A stretch of DNA of 59,743 nucleotides from Clostridium sp. CAG:492 (GCA_000434335.1 FR878266.1:79048-138790); one strand, 5' to 3'. Numbered from the stretch's first letter, positions 17,038-27,153 are shown. Numbers and translations: made by a program. The notes: generated by a model not told the origin, from the letters alone.

Positions 17038-17062
17038 GTCAAAAATTTTCTTTCCTATTGAC
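17038..17062. repeat. Third GTCAA-N15-TTGAC inverted repeat
   Basis: GTCAAaaattttctttcctaTTGAC, with the same arm sequence and the same 15-nt spacing as copies A and B. Confidence 0.5.
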
Positions 17063-17177
17063 TCAAGAAAAAAATATTGTTTCCCCTATCATTCCAATTT
17101 TTCTATTTATATATATTGCATTTTAATTTTATTTATATTAATATAGAATCAACTATGACTTTTTAGTGGAGGTTTTT

Positions 17178-17582
17178 ATGTGGTTTTTTGATAAATTAAA
17201 AAATATTGGAAAAGCTGTAAAAAGTAATATTCCTGGTGATATAAAAGATGGGATTAATCATATTACAGAGGATTTTAATAAAGATATATCTAATAACATT
17301 GATAGCTCTTCTATTGAAAATACTATTCCGGATAAATTCAATGAATTTCCATGCTTTGATGGTAAAATTTCTCATGTATCAGAAAAAGAAACACCTTTAT
17401 ATATTTCTTGTGCTTTAACATATGAAAATGTTTCCTCTCTTGATTTTGAAGACTATCTTTATGAAATAACAAGAGCTGGATATATTCAACAATCTAATGA
17501 CAGATACGAAAAAGAAAATACTTTTATTATTGTCGAATATACCGAAAAAACTTTGCATACAGTTTTTCATATTAATAAATAA
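17178..17582 (+). CDS. Hypothetical protein (134 aa)
   Basis: ATG at 17178 preceded by GGAGG plus 5 nt. No recognisable motifs. Convergent with the kinase-ParB gene. Confidence 0.6.
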   Translation: MWFFDKLKNIGKAVKSNIPGDIKDGINHITEDFNKDISNNIDSSSIENTIPDKFNEFPCFDGKISHVSEKETPLYISCALTYENVSSLDFEDYLYEITRAGYIQQSNDRYEKENTFIIVEYTEKTLHTVFHINK

Positions 17583-17608
17583 TAAGAAGACTTTTCGGTC
17601 TTCTTATT
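17581..17608. terminator. Bidirectional terminator
   Basis: 11-bp arms aataagaagac / gtcttcttatt. Confidence 0.7.
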
Positions 17609-17613
17609 ATTTA

Positions 17614-18846
17614 TTAATATAATTCAGGATGCTCTGCCTGTTCTCTTTTTTCTCTTTCATCTAGCTCAGCATATATGTTTGGATAAATTTGATTATATGA
17701 GAATTGTCCTTTTGTTATTCCATCTAGAAAACCCTCATGTCCATAAAGTTTATCCTTTGTTAACGCTTTAATTACATATCTGGCAGGTTCACCTCTCCAG
17801 TAACACTTTGGCATATTTTCATCATCTCTTGCCACTACTTCATATGGAACTAAAGTTTTTCTTTCATAAGCAGCAGCAAAGTTTCTATGATGTCCTTCTA
17901 TTATATATTTTCTTCCATCTACTTCTACTACTGTTATCGGATAACTTGGGTCATACCCATTCTTCCTTATTAGTTCTCTAATATCATCAATTGATGTTCC
18001 ATTACCTGTTGGTCGACATGTTGTTATTTCATCTTGTACTGGTAACATTAATTTGGGACTTGCCCACAATTTAGGAATAAATCTGTTTTCTTTATATCGA
18101 TTTAAACACTCTATTATTGTATCTGAAATATCATTAATTTCTGAAAATGAGGTGTCAATTATTAAATCATAATTATTTTCATCTGTTAAATCAACATTAT
18201 ATCTTTCTATATATCTTTTTATTTCTCCTTTTCTTCTTTTTTCTCTTTGATTTATAGCTTCTTCTACGCTCTCGTAAGCACTATCTTCTTCACCTCGAGA
18301 CTTATCATCAAATAATCTTTTTCCAGCTATGTCTGGTCTGCTTGTTAACCTTACCGAAAATGAATCTGGAATATTTTTAAAGGCAAGCCTTGAATCCATA
18401 ATCCATACTTCATCATTTCGCTCCTTTTGATTTATTTCTTGACCTATTCTTCTTATTTCTTTATCAATTATAGTATCAACTAGAGCTCTTATTTCCCTTA
18501 GTTCAGGCATATTATTAGCTTGTTCAATAGAAACACTATCCATAATATCCATAGATTTCAACTTAGCCATTACTTTTGTCAAAATTGATCTATATTCTGA
18601 ATTTTCAATAATTTCTTTAATTACACCTTCATCATACATCTCTTTTAATTTTTCATCATTGTCGTAACTTTTAATAAAGTTTAAAATTTCATTAAAATAT
18701 TCTCTGAATCTATGTCCAGCCGATATGATATGAATATTTTCTTCTTTAAAACCCTTTTCAATTAGCTTTTGTTTTATTGCTCTTATATTTGAGCTTTTTC
18801 CAGTAACAGGCTCCCCTGAAATTGATATTACATTATTTTTTATCAT
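17614..18846 (-). CDS. Fusion protein: N-terminal cytidylate-kinase-like P-loop domain plus C-terminal ParB/sulfiredoxin-fold (ParB-like nuclease) domain
   Basis: 410 aa. Walker A ISISGEPVTGKS near the N-terminus and WIMDSRLA further on. The C-terminal part ...KLMLPVQDE...VVEVDGRKYIIEGHHRNFAAAYE carries the GxHR-type ParB/Srx signature. Confidence 0.55.
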   Translation of the reverse strand: MIKNNVISISGEPVTGKSSNIRAIKQKLIEKGFKEENIHIISAGHRFREYFNEILNFIKSYDNDEKLKEMYDEGVIKEIIENSEYRSILTKVMAKLKSMDIMDSVSIEQANNMPELREIRALVDTIIDKEIRRIGQEINQKERNDEVWIMDSRLAFKNIPDSFSVRLTSRPDIAGKRLFDDKSRGEEDSAYESVEEAINQREKRRKGEIKRYIERYNVDLTDENNYDLIIDTSFSEINDISDTIIECLNRYKENRFIPKLWASPKLMLPVQDEITTCRPTGNGTSIDDIRELIRKNGYDPSYPITVVEVDGRKYIIEGHHRNFAAAYERKTLVPYEVVARDDENMPKCYWRGEPARYVIKALTKDKLYGHEGFLDGITKGQFSYNQIYPNIYAELDEREKREQAEHPELY

Positions 18847-18996
18847 AAAATATACCTCCTAAAAAAATTATCTATATTTTACCACTTATTTTATGTAAAG
18901 TCAATTTCTGTTTAATATATCTATAAAATATCTTAATAACATTTAACAATTGTCCAATATATAGAGGGAAGCTCAATATTATGTCAAGTGATATGT

Positions 18997-19812
18997 TTAT
19001 ATATCATCATTCATTTTATTTTTATGTATTTTTTCTTTTATTTTTATATTCTTTTGTTCCAAATTTTGCTTTATGGAATTGTTCTTTTCTTCAATATTAT
19101 TATATATTTCTTCGCTACGTTTTTTTATTTTTTCTTTTTTTTCTTTCACTTTAAGTTTAACTGCTTGTATTTTTGGATATGCATTTATTAATCTTCTATG
19201 TAAAATTGATTTTCCTTGTAATACTTCTTTAACTTTTTGTGTGATTTCCTCAGTATTATCCAAATCCTTTGAAACACCTTTTTCTGTTGTTTTAATAGCT
19301 CTCACTATAATTCCGGAAACTATATTATCACATATATATATTATTAATAAAGATAATGATAAGATATTTAGCCATATTTCTGATAGCTTTCCAATTTGTT
19401 GTAGAAAAAATGGATTTAATATGTAGATTATTAATAATCCTAATAAACCAAATGGAATAATTGTACCTAAACAAACTCTTCCATTTATATTGAACTTTTT
19501 CTGACTATAATCCCACCATCTTGCTTTATATATTTTTTCCATAAAATAACTAGTTAAATATTCTAGCGTTCCGCATAGTACAATTGCCATTATAAATAAT
19601 ACAACTGGATCACTTGTATATTTATGTAGGAATATTGTTATTAATAAAGCACCATAACCATATATTGGACAATATGGACCAATTAAAAATCCCCTATTTA
19701 TAAATCTTTTATATTGTATTAATTTACAGGTAACCTCCATTATCCAACCTAACATTGCATATATCATAAATAATAAAAAATATACACGTATATCATAACC
19801 AAATATAACCAT
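18997..19812 (-). CDS. Multi-pass membrane protein (DUF1113 / putative ABC-transporter type IV family) with a Lys/Glu-rich C-terminal tail
   Basis: N-terminus MVIFGYDIRVYFLLFMIYAMLGWIMEV...GPYCPIYGYGA is typical of that family. The tail is KVKEKKEKIKKRSEE... Confidence 0.5.
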   Translation of the reverse strand: MVIFGYDIRVYFLLFMIYAMLGWIMEVTCKLIQYKRFINRGFLIGPYCPIYGYGALLITIFLHKYTSDPVVLFIMAIVLCGTLEYLTSYFMEKIYKARWWDYSQKKFNINGRVCLGTIIPFGLLGLLIIYILNPFFLQQIGKLSEIWLNILSLSLLIIYICDNIVSGIIVRAIKTTEKGVSKDLDNTEEITQKVKEVLQGKSILHRRLINAYPKIQAVKLKVKEKKEKIKKRSEEIYNNIEEKNNSIKQNLEQKNIKIKEKIHKNKMNDDI

Positions 19813-19968
19813 AAAAAAATTTCTCCTTTTTCCCTTGATTTTTTATTTGTTTTATAGTAAACTGTTTAAGGTATTTAGTAAATAACTAAAATTTTTTTGA
19901 AATTATTTCTTTTCAATTTTGGAAAAGTTTTAAATAAGACATCTCCAATACAATTCTCTTTTTAACCC

Positions 19969-19999
19969 GTTCCGGCCATCTTTCTAAGATGGCCGGAAC
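19969..19999. terminator. GC-rich hairpin 1 of a tandem pair
   Basis: 12-bp arms gttccggccatc / gatggccggaac, with a T-run on the plus-strand side. Confidence 0.5.
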
Positions 20000-20014
20000 C
20001 TTTTTATTATATAA

Positions 20015-20042
20015 GGGTCGGTTAAATATTTTAACCGGCCCC
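20015..20042. terminator. GC-rich hairpin 2 of a tandem pair, directly after the cyclophilin stop
   Basis: gggtcggttaa atatt ttaaccggccc(c), with a T-run on the plus-strand side and an A-run on the other. Confidence 0.5.
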
Positions 20043-20048
20043 TATTTT

Positions 20049-20924
20049 TTATTTTCCTTCAGTTGTTGTTTCTGAACTACCTTCTGCTGATGTTGTTGAA
20101 TTACCTGAGTATGAATTCATTAATTGTTGATAATATTGTTGATATTGTTGTACTTTCTTTTGTATATCATCATAATTTATTGTATTTGGCATTCCATAAT
20201 TTGCTCCATATGTTTCTACTGTTAAATTAGTTATAACTGGTGCGCTTTCTGGTGTTGAAGCTTCTCCACCTTCTGAATCAGCTTCTTTAACCTTTACATT
20301 TGCTATTTTTTCAACAATATCGTAACCTTCTATTACTTTACCAAAAGCAGCGTAGTTTCCATTTAAAGAATTTAATGTTTCTTGGTTATCTGTTGTTACA
20401 ATAAAAAATTGTGAACTTCCTGAATTGTATCCTTCTGATGTTAGCCCATATGAACTAAAATCTGACCTTGCCATTCCTATTACGCCTTTTCCAAATTTTA
20501 AATTGTTATTTACTCCGTTTGCAGAAAACTCTCCTTTTATTGAGTATGTATGGTCAGATTCACTTCCTGCTTGTATTTTTTTATCTAAGTCGCTTAAACT
20601 TGCTGAACCTGAACCATCACCTTTTTTATCTCCACCCTGAATCATAAAATCAGATATAATTCTGTGGTATGTCAAATTATTGTAAAACCCATTATTAGCT
20701 AATTGTATGAAATTTGATACGGTTTCTGGAGCTACATCTGGATTAAGCTCTATTTTTATTGTTCCTGTTTGTGTATTTCCGTCATTATCAACATATGATA
20801 CATCCATTGTTGCTACTGGCTTTCTCTCCCCTTTTAATGCTCCATAGCATATATATGCTATTACTGCTGTTATAGCTATTATTGCTATTATTAATAATAA
20901 TTTACTTTTGTCTTTCATTATCAT
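20049..20924 (-). CDS. Membrane-anchored cyclophilin-type peptidyl-prolyl isomerase with a low-complexity C-terminal tail
   Basis: N-terminal TM helix. Cyclophilin motifs FHRIISDFMIQGGD-like (YHRIISDFMIQGGD) and SQFFIVT. Confidence 0.85.
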   Translation of the reverse strand: MIMKDKSKLLLIIAIIAITAVIAYICYGALKGERKPVATMDVSYVDNDGNTQTGTIKIELNPDVAPETVSNFIQLANNGFYNNLTYHRIISDFMIQGGDKKGDGSGSASLSDLDKKIQAGSESDHTYSIKGEFSANGVNNNLKFGKGVIGMARSDFSSYGLTSEGYNSGSSQFFIVTTDNQETLNSLNGNYAAFGKVIEGYDIVEKIANVKVKEADSEGGEASTPESAPVITNLTVETYGANYGMPNTINYDDIQKKVQQYQQYYQQLMNSYSGNSTTSAEGSSETTTEGK

Positions 20925-20962
20925 TCTTCCTTTCGTTTTTTATTTTACTTTTGTTTTATAAT

Positions 20963-22060
20963 TTATAAACTTAAATTATCAAAAATAAATTGCTCTTGCA
21001 TTCTTTTTAGTGATTGTTTTATTGCTTTTGCTCTTATTTCGCCAATTCCTTCAACTTCATCCAGTGCTGGTATGTCAGCTTGAATAATGTGCTGAAATGA
21101 TTTAAAGCTTTTTACCAAATTTTCGACAATATTATTTGGCATTCTTGGTATTTTACTTAAAATTCTGTAACCTCTTGTAAACACATTTACTTCTTCATAA
21201 TTATCAAAATCTTCATATCCTAAAATTTTAGCTATTAGTTGTGATTTCATTAGATCTTCTCTTTCAAGTTTTCGTATACTTGATAATGCTTTATCTACTG
21301 TTTTTTCTGAGTTTTGTTTTTTACTTGATATTATATAATCTTTGATAATTAAAGTCTCTTCAATTGCTAGATTTCCAAATAACTCGTCAAGTTGCATTTG
21401 AAATAATCTACCTTCTTCTCCAAGTTCATATATTGCTCTTTTTACTTCATCTACAACCTTTAATACCATTTCTGCTCTTTGAATACATACAATTACATTT
21501 TGTAATGTAACTATATCATTAAATTCATATTCATTCAATAAATTTAATTTATCATCAAAAACTTTTTTATATTTTTCTGCTGTTTGAAGTGCTTGATTTG
21601 CTTTTGTTATTACCTTTGAACTATCTTGTAACACATATCTTAAGTCTCCTTTAAATATAGTTATAACATTTCTTCTTTGTGATACACTTATTACTATTTC
21701 TCCGGTTTGCTTTGCTGTACGTTCTGCTGTTCTGTGTCTTGTTCCTGTTTCATTTGTTGAAATTTCTGGAGATGGAATTAATTGTGCATTTGCATATAAA
21801 ATTCTTTTTAAATCAGCACTTAATACTATTGCTCCATCCATTTTTGCGAGTTCATATAATCTTGAAGGTGTATAATCAACATTCAAATTAAATCCTCCAT
21901 CTACTAAATCAAGTACTTCCTTTGTATCACCAATTACAATTAAGCCTCCAGTTTTTGCTTTTAATATATTTTCTAAACCTTCTCTTATTTTTGTACCTGG
22001 TGCAATTAATTTTAATATCTCTGTTATTGTATTATCTTTGACAAAGTCCAAATTAATCAC
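20963..22060 (-). CDS. disA: DNA integrity scanning protein DisA (diadenylate cyclase)
   Basis: DAC domain (GGLIVIGD, DGAIVL, GTRHRTAER) plus a C-terminal HhH; located directly downstream of radA. Confidence 0.9.
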   Translation of the reverse strand: MINLDFVKDNTITEILKLIAPGTKIREGLENILKAKTGGLIVIGDTKEVLDLVDGGFNLNVDYTPSRLYELAKMDGAIVLSADLKRILYANAQLIPSPEISTNETGTRHRTAERTAKQTGEIVISVSQRRNVITIFKGDLRYVLQDSSKVITKANQALQTAEKYKKVFDDKLNLLNEYEFNDIVTLQNVIVCIQRAEMVLKVVDEVKRAIYELGEEGRLFQMQLDELFGNLAIEETLIIKDYIISSKKQNSEKTVDKALSSIRKLEREDLMKSQLIAKILGYEDFDNYEEVNVFTRGYRILSKIPRMPNNIVENLVKSFKSFQHIIQADIPALDEVEGIGEIRAKAIKQSLKRMQEQFIFDNLSL

Positions 22061-22082
22061 TCCTCAATGAAATATTAGTATT

Positions 22083-23450
22083 TTATCGTAATCCTAGTTT
22101 TTGCATTGCTTCATTTATATTTTTCACGCCTATTATATCTAATTTATATTTTTCTTTCAATACTTTTTTGTTACTTTCTGGAATTATGCAAGTTTTAAAT
22201 CCTAATTTTTCTATTTCCTTTAATCTTTTGTCAATAAGATTTACACTTCTCACTTCTCCAGTTAAACCAACTTCTCCAACTACGACTGTATCATTCGGAA
22301 TACTTAAATTTTTAAAACTTGATGCAACTGATAATATGACACCTAAATCTACGGCTGGCTCAGAAACTTTTATTCCACTTACTACATTTAAATATACATC
22401 TTGGTTACCTAAATTCATTCCTGCTTTTTTTTCTAACACGGCCATTAATAATGTTAATCTATTATAATCTACACCATTTGCAGTTCTTCTTGGTAATCCA
22501 AATACACTCGTAGAAGTTAGTGCTTGTAATTCTACCAATAACGGCCTTGTACCTTCCATTGTTGCAACAATTACAGAGCCTGCTGGATTATCGTCTCTTT
22601 CTGAAATTAAAACTGTAGATGGATTTAAAATTTCTATCATTCCCTCATTTTGCATTTCGAACATACCAACTTCATTAGTTGAACCAAAACGATTTTTCAC
22701 ACTTCTTAATATTCTATATGAAAAATATCTTTCACCTTCTAAATATAAAACTGTGTCTACCATATGTTCTAACACTCTTGGTCCTGCAATATTTCCTTCT
22801 TTTGTAACATGTCCAATTATTATTGTTGTTATATTATTGCTTTTACATAGTTTCATAATTCTTCCTGTTATTTCTCTTACTTGACTTACTGTTCCTGCTG
22901 CAGATGTTATTTCATCAGAATACATTGTTTGAATGGAATCTATTATTACTAATTTAGGATTCATTTCTAAAATAGCAGATTGTATTATATCAATATCAGT
23001 TTCTCCTAAAAACATTATATCCTCATTATGGATATTTAATCTATCAGCTCTTATTTTTATTTGCTCTGCAGACTCTTCTCCTGAAACATATAGTACTTTC
23101 CCTTCGCCTTTAATTTTATCACATAATTGTAAAATTAAAGTCGATTTACCTATTCCTGGCTCTCCACCAACTAAAATTAGTGAACCCTTTACTATTCCTC
23201 CACCTAAAACTCTATCTAGCTCTTCAAAACCTGTAGATGTTCTAAATGTTTCTTTTCCTTCAACAGTATTTAAAGCTGTTGGTTTATTAATTTTTTTCTT
23301 TTCATCTTTTCCAAATATTCCATCACTTGTTTTTTGTATTTTTTCTTCAACTAAGCTGTTCCATTCATTACATGCAGGACATTTTCCTAACCATTTTGCT
23401 GTTTCATATCCACAATTATTGCACACAAAAATTGTTTTTGCTTTTGCCAT
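22083..23450 (-). CDS. radA: DNA repair protein RadA
   Basis: Zn ribbon CNNCGYETAKWLGKCPACNEW, Walker A GEPGIGKST, KNRFG motif, Lon-like C-terminal domain. Confidence 0.95.
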   Translation of the reverse strand: MAKAKTIFVCNNCGYETAKWLGKCPACNEWNSLVEEKIQKTSDGIFGKDEKKKINKPTALNTVEGKETFRTSTGFEELDRVLGGGIVKGSLILVGGEPGIGKSTLILQLCDKIKGEGKVLYVSGEESAEQIKIRADRLNIHNEDIMFLGETDIDIIQSAILEMNPKLVIIDSIQTMYSDEITSAAGTVSQVREITGRIMKLCKSNNITTIIIGHVTKEGNIAGPRVLEHMVDTVLYLEGERYFSYRILRSVKNRFGSTNEVGMFEMQNEGMIEILNPSTVLISERDDNPAGSVIVATMEGTRPLLVELQALTSTSVFGLPRRTANGVDYNRLTLLMAVLEKKAGMNLGNQDVYLNVVSGIKVSEPAVDLGVILSVASSFKNLSIPNDTVVVGEVGLTGEVRSVNLIDKRLKEIEKLGFKTCIIPESNKKVLKEKYKLDIIGVKNINEAMQKLGLR

Positions 23451-23474
23451 TTACTTCAGTCCTTTCAAAATTAC

Positions 23475-25427
23475 TTAATTATTTTTTTCTTCATTAGCTT
23501 TAAGTAACTCATTTAATACAATAATAAACATAGCATGTGACCAACCTAGTCCAATAACCCATTTAAAATTTTTATCTTCATTATTCACTTGCTCTGCAAG
23601 AAATCCATGTTTTAATGATGTATTTACTACAAATGAAAAACATTTTTTTGCATTATCTAAATCATTAATTTTTATATAATACAATGCCATCCATAATGTC
23701 GTTATTATCCAAGGATTATTTCCACCCATATAATTATCATATTCAAATCTTAAATATCCACTTGTATGAGTTCTTAATGTCATATTAATTTTATCTACAG
23801 TATTTTTTATAACTTTTTCATTTGGATTAAATACATTAAATGGATAAACAGCACCAATTACACTTATATCCATATTGTTGTCTTTTAGGTTTCGTTTTAA
23901 TGTTTTAGTATTTTTATCTATTAAATTATCTTCAATATAGTCTTTTAATAATTGTATATATTTGTTTAGTTTTAGAGCTATTTTATTTCGCTTTTCTTGC
24001 TTTAATCTTAGATTTTCTTGTTTATTATCAATAGTTTCATAAATTTTTTTCATACACCCCAACCCAGAAATAATACTTGATAATGAATATAAATGAACAC
24101 CTTCATTCATTTCCCATAAATCATAACTTACGTGTTTAGTAATCTCAAAATATTTTTTATATTTTTTTTGTAGCTCTTTTTTTACTAAATCTTCTTCATC
24201 TATATTTAATAAATTTTCTGTATATGCAAATAAAAATTCTGTTGCTTTTTCACACATTTTTAAGTTTTCTTCTAGAAATTTATTATCTTTTGTATGTTTA
24301 TAGTGGTCATATACGCCATATATTACACTTGCAGTTTCATCAATTTGATATCCCCAACAAGGTGCTAATGTTCCATCTGTATAAAATCTTTGTTCCCACA
24401 TTCCATTATTGCTCTGTGTTTTTTTGCAAAATACATTATAAAATTTTTCAGTTTCTTCTTCCATTTTTAATAAATCAAATGCTCTTGTAATAAATATTGA
24501 ATCACGTGGCCAACAATATGCGTAGCATCCACTTTTAGTTCTATTTTCATCTAACTCAAGAGCAGCAACAATTCCTCCTGTTTCATCATTTATTAATAAT
24601 GGAAATAATAATATTGTTCTATTATATATCTCAAGTAATTTTTTATAGAAGTCACTTTTGTTTGATTCAATCTTTATTTTTGAATGATTTTCAACATATA
24701 AATTCCAATATTTTTTTACATTTTCAAATTCAGTATTTGTATTTAATTTTACACATTTTTGTATTTTTTCTTCAATCTCATTATTTTCGTTTACAAGAAT
24801 AAATATATTTAATTCCTGTTGCTCCCCTGAATGTATTACTCCAATATCATATGATATTGCAATTTCATTTGACATTCCAATATAGTCTTTATCCACAATT
24901 ACTGCACTTTGTAGTGTACTTTGAACATCATTTAATTTATGTCCATATAGATTTTTGTTTGAAAAAATTGCCATTGCATAATTATGGTTGTATTGAATTA
25001 TTCCTTTATCAATAATTCTGCTTCCAAATCGTTCTAAATCGTTTGATAAAATTTTACTATTTATAATAAACTTTGTATCTAAATCTACAGAATTATTATT
25101 TTTAAATATGTATTTTTTTACAATAATGTTTTGGTCAATTAATGCAAAATCAGTTTGTTCTATTTTTAAATTAAAATATGTATTTTCTATATTTGTTTTT
25201 AAAATATTTGTGTTTTTTACATATTCTTGACTATATTTATTATTTATATCTTGATGCAAATAAATTAAATTTGAATCATTGATTTTTACTCCAGTTTGAA
25301 AATAATCTATAAATTGTCTTCCATCTACTTCTGGATAGCACAATCTTTGTAGTTCACCCTTTTCTGTATAACTTGCAATTATTTTTTTGTTTCCAATTAT
25401 TGCGTCATTATAATATTTATTTGTCAT
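23475..25427 (-). CDS. Glycoside hydrolase family 15-like (glucoamylase/glucodextranase-type) protein
   Basis: 650 aa. Segments YCWPRDS and YDLWEMNEG are typical of the GH15 catalytic (alpha/alpha)6 barrel. Confidence 0.65.
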   Translation of the reverse strand: MTNKYYNDAIIGNKKIIASYTEKGELQRLCYPEVDGRQFIDYFQTGVKINDSNLIYLHQDINNKYSQEYVKNTNILKTNIENTYFNLKIEQTDFALIDQNIIVKKYIFKNNNSVDLDTKFIINSKILSNDLERFGSRIIDKGIIQYNHNYAMAIFSNKNLYGHKLNDVQSTLQSAVIVDKDYIGMSNEIAISYDIGVIHSGEQQELNIFILVNENNEIEEKIQKCVKLNTNTEFENVKKYWNLYVENHSKIKIESNKSDFYKKLLEIYNRTILLFPLLINDETGGIVAALELDENRTKSGCYAYCWPRDSIFITRAFDLLKMEEETEKFYNVFCKKTQSNNGMWEQRFYTDGTLAPCWGYQIDETASVIYGVYDHYKHTKDNKFLEENLKMCEKATEFLFAYTENLLNIDEEDLVKKELQKKYKKYFEITKHVSYDLWEMNEGVHLYSLSSIISGLGCMKKIYETIDNKQENLRLKQEKRNKIALKLNKYIQLLKDYIEDNLIDKNTKTLKRNLKDNNMDISVIGAVYPFNVFNPNEKVIKNTVDKINMTLRTHTSGYLRFEYDNYMGGNNPWIITTLWMALYYIKINDLDNAKKCFSFVVNTSLKHGFLAEQVNNEDKNFKWVIGLGWSHAMFIIVLNELLKANEEKNN

Positions 25428-25443
25428 TTGTATTCCTTTCTAA

Positions 25444-25479
25444 ATTACACTGAAAATATTTTGTTATTTTCAGTGTAAT
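25444..25479 (-). terminator. Perfect 15-bp hairpin between the RNase and GH15 genes (possible terminator or processing site)
   Basis: attacactgaaaata / tattttcagtgtaat with a 6-nt loop. There is no clear U-run. Confidence 0.4.
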
Positions 25480-25488
25480 CATATGTTT

Positions 25489-27141
25489 CTATTTATTTTC
25501 TACTATTTCTACAATTTGTTTTTCTAATGCTTTTATTCTTTCATTTAACTTACTTATTTCGTCGTCATTTACAGTATTTGCAAGTATATCTTCTTTAACA
25601 ATACTTTCCATATCCATAAGCTCTTCTTTTAGTGTTTCCATTCTATCTATTACTTCTAGTTTTTTGTATTCGTTTAAGTTTCTCTTTCTTATATTTCCTG
25701 TAGCTTGTACTGTATTTGTTAAATCAAAAGATTCACAATAATCTGGAATTGATACTGGTAAATCAAAATTTTCATTTATTTTGTCTCTAAGAGCCTTTTG
25801 ACTTTCTTCCTCACCATGAACTAAAAATATATGATTTGGTTTTTTAACAAAAGAATCCACAAAATGTAATAACCCAGCTTGGTCAGCATGACCTGAATAT
25901 CCTTCAATATATTCGACTCTTGCATTTACGGCTATTTCTTCTCCAAATATTTTTACTGTTTTAGCACCATCAACAATTTTTCTACCTAAAGTTCCAGGTG
26001 CTTGATATCCAACGAATAAAATTGTATTTTTAGGATTCCAAATGTTATGTTTTAAATGATGTTTTATACGGCCAACTTCACACATACCACTTGCTGAAAT
26101 TATTATTGCAGATTCATCACTTTCATTTAGTGCTTTTGATTCTTCAACTGTTTGTGTAAATTTTAAACCTGGAAATTCTAGAGGATTATCGCCTCTTTTT
26201 ATTAATTCTTGTGTTTCCTCATCAAATAAATCCATATTTTCTTTAAAAACCTCTGTTGCTGAGATTGCAAGTGGACTATCAACATATACAGGTGTGTTCA
26301 TTAATAATCTATATTTACGTTCAAATTCTGGACTGTCATCTTCTGAATCTTTTATTTTATTTAGTTCATATAAAATTTCTTGAGTTCTTCCTACTGCGAA
26401 TGAAGGTATAACTACTGTTCCTCCATTTTTTATTGTATCTGTAACTATATTAATAAATGTTTTAGCTTTATTTTCATTTTTTATATGTAATCTATTGCCA
26501 TATGTTGATTCCATAACAAGAAAATCTGCATCTTGAATCATCGTTGGCTCAGCTAATAATGGTATATCATTATTTCCTAAATCACCAGAAAATACTATTT
26601 TTTTATTTTCTCCATTCTCTCTAATCCATATTTCAATTGTACTAGAACCAAGCATGTGTCCGGCATCATTAAATCTTACATGAATATCGTCATCTAGCTC
26701 TATTATTTGATTATATGGCTCTCCTTTAAATAGTTCCAAAGATTTTGCAGCTGTTTCGGCATCATATATTGGTACTAATTCTTCTTCACCTCTACGAATT
26801 CTTTTTCTATTTTTCCATTCAGTTTCAGTTTCTTGAATATGACCACTATCTGGTAACATTATTGCACATAAATCACAAGTTGCATTTGTCGCATATATTG
26901 GGTTTCTATATCCTTCTTTATATAATTTTGGAATTCTTCCTGAGTGGTCAATATGTGCATGTGTTAATAACATAAAGTCTATTTCGTTAATATCATATGG
27001 AAAAGGCTCTTCATTTTTTATTTCATCTTTTGCTCCACCTTGGTATAATCCACAATCTACTAAAAATTTTTTTCCAGCACCTTCTACTAAAAAATTTGAA
27101 CCTGTAACAGTTTTAGTTGCTCCACAAAAAGTAACTTTCAT
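25489..27141 (-). CDS. Beta-CASP family metallo-beta-lactamase ribonuclease (CPSF/Ysh1-like) with a coiled-coil tail
   Basis: LLTHAHIDHSG motif, beta-CASP and RMMBL-like segments (GYSGHAD). Confidence 0.8.
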   Translation of the reverse strand: MKVTFCGATKTVTGSNFLVEGAGKKFLVDCGLYQGGAKDEIKNEEPFPYDINEIDFMLLTHAHIDHSGRIPKLYKEGYRNPIYATNATCDLCAIMLPDSGHIQETETEWKNRKRIRRGEEELVPIYDAETAAKSLELFKGEPYNQIIELDDDIHVRFNDAGHMLGSSTIEIWIRENGENKKIVFSGDLGNNDIPLLAEPTMIQDADFLVMESTYGNRLHIKNENKAKTFINIVTDTIKNGGTVVIPSFAVGRTQEILYELNKIKDSEDDSPEFERKYRLLMNTPVYVDSPLAISATEVFKENMDLFDEETQELIKRGDNPLEFPGLKFTQTVEESKALNESDESAIIISASGMCEVGRIKHHLKHNIWNPKNTILFVGYQAPGTLGRKIVDGAKTVKIFGEEIAVNARVEYIEGYSGHADQAGLLHFVDSFVKKPNHIFLVHGEEESQKALRDKINENFDLPVSIPDYCESFDLTNTVQATGNIRKRNLNEYKKLEVIDRMETLKEELMDMESIVKEDILANTVNDDEISKLNERIKALEKQIVEIVENK

Positions 27142-27153
27142 TTGTACCTCCTA

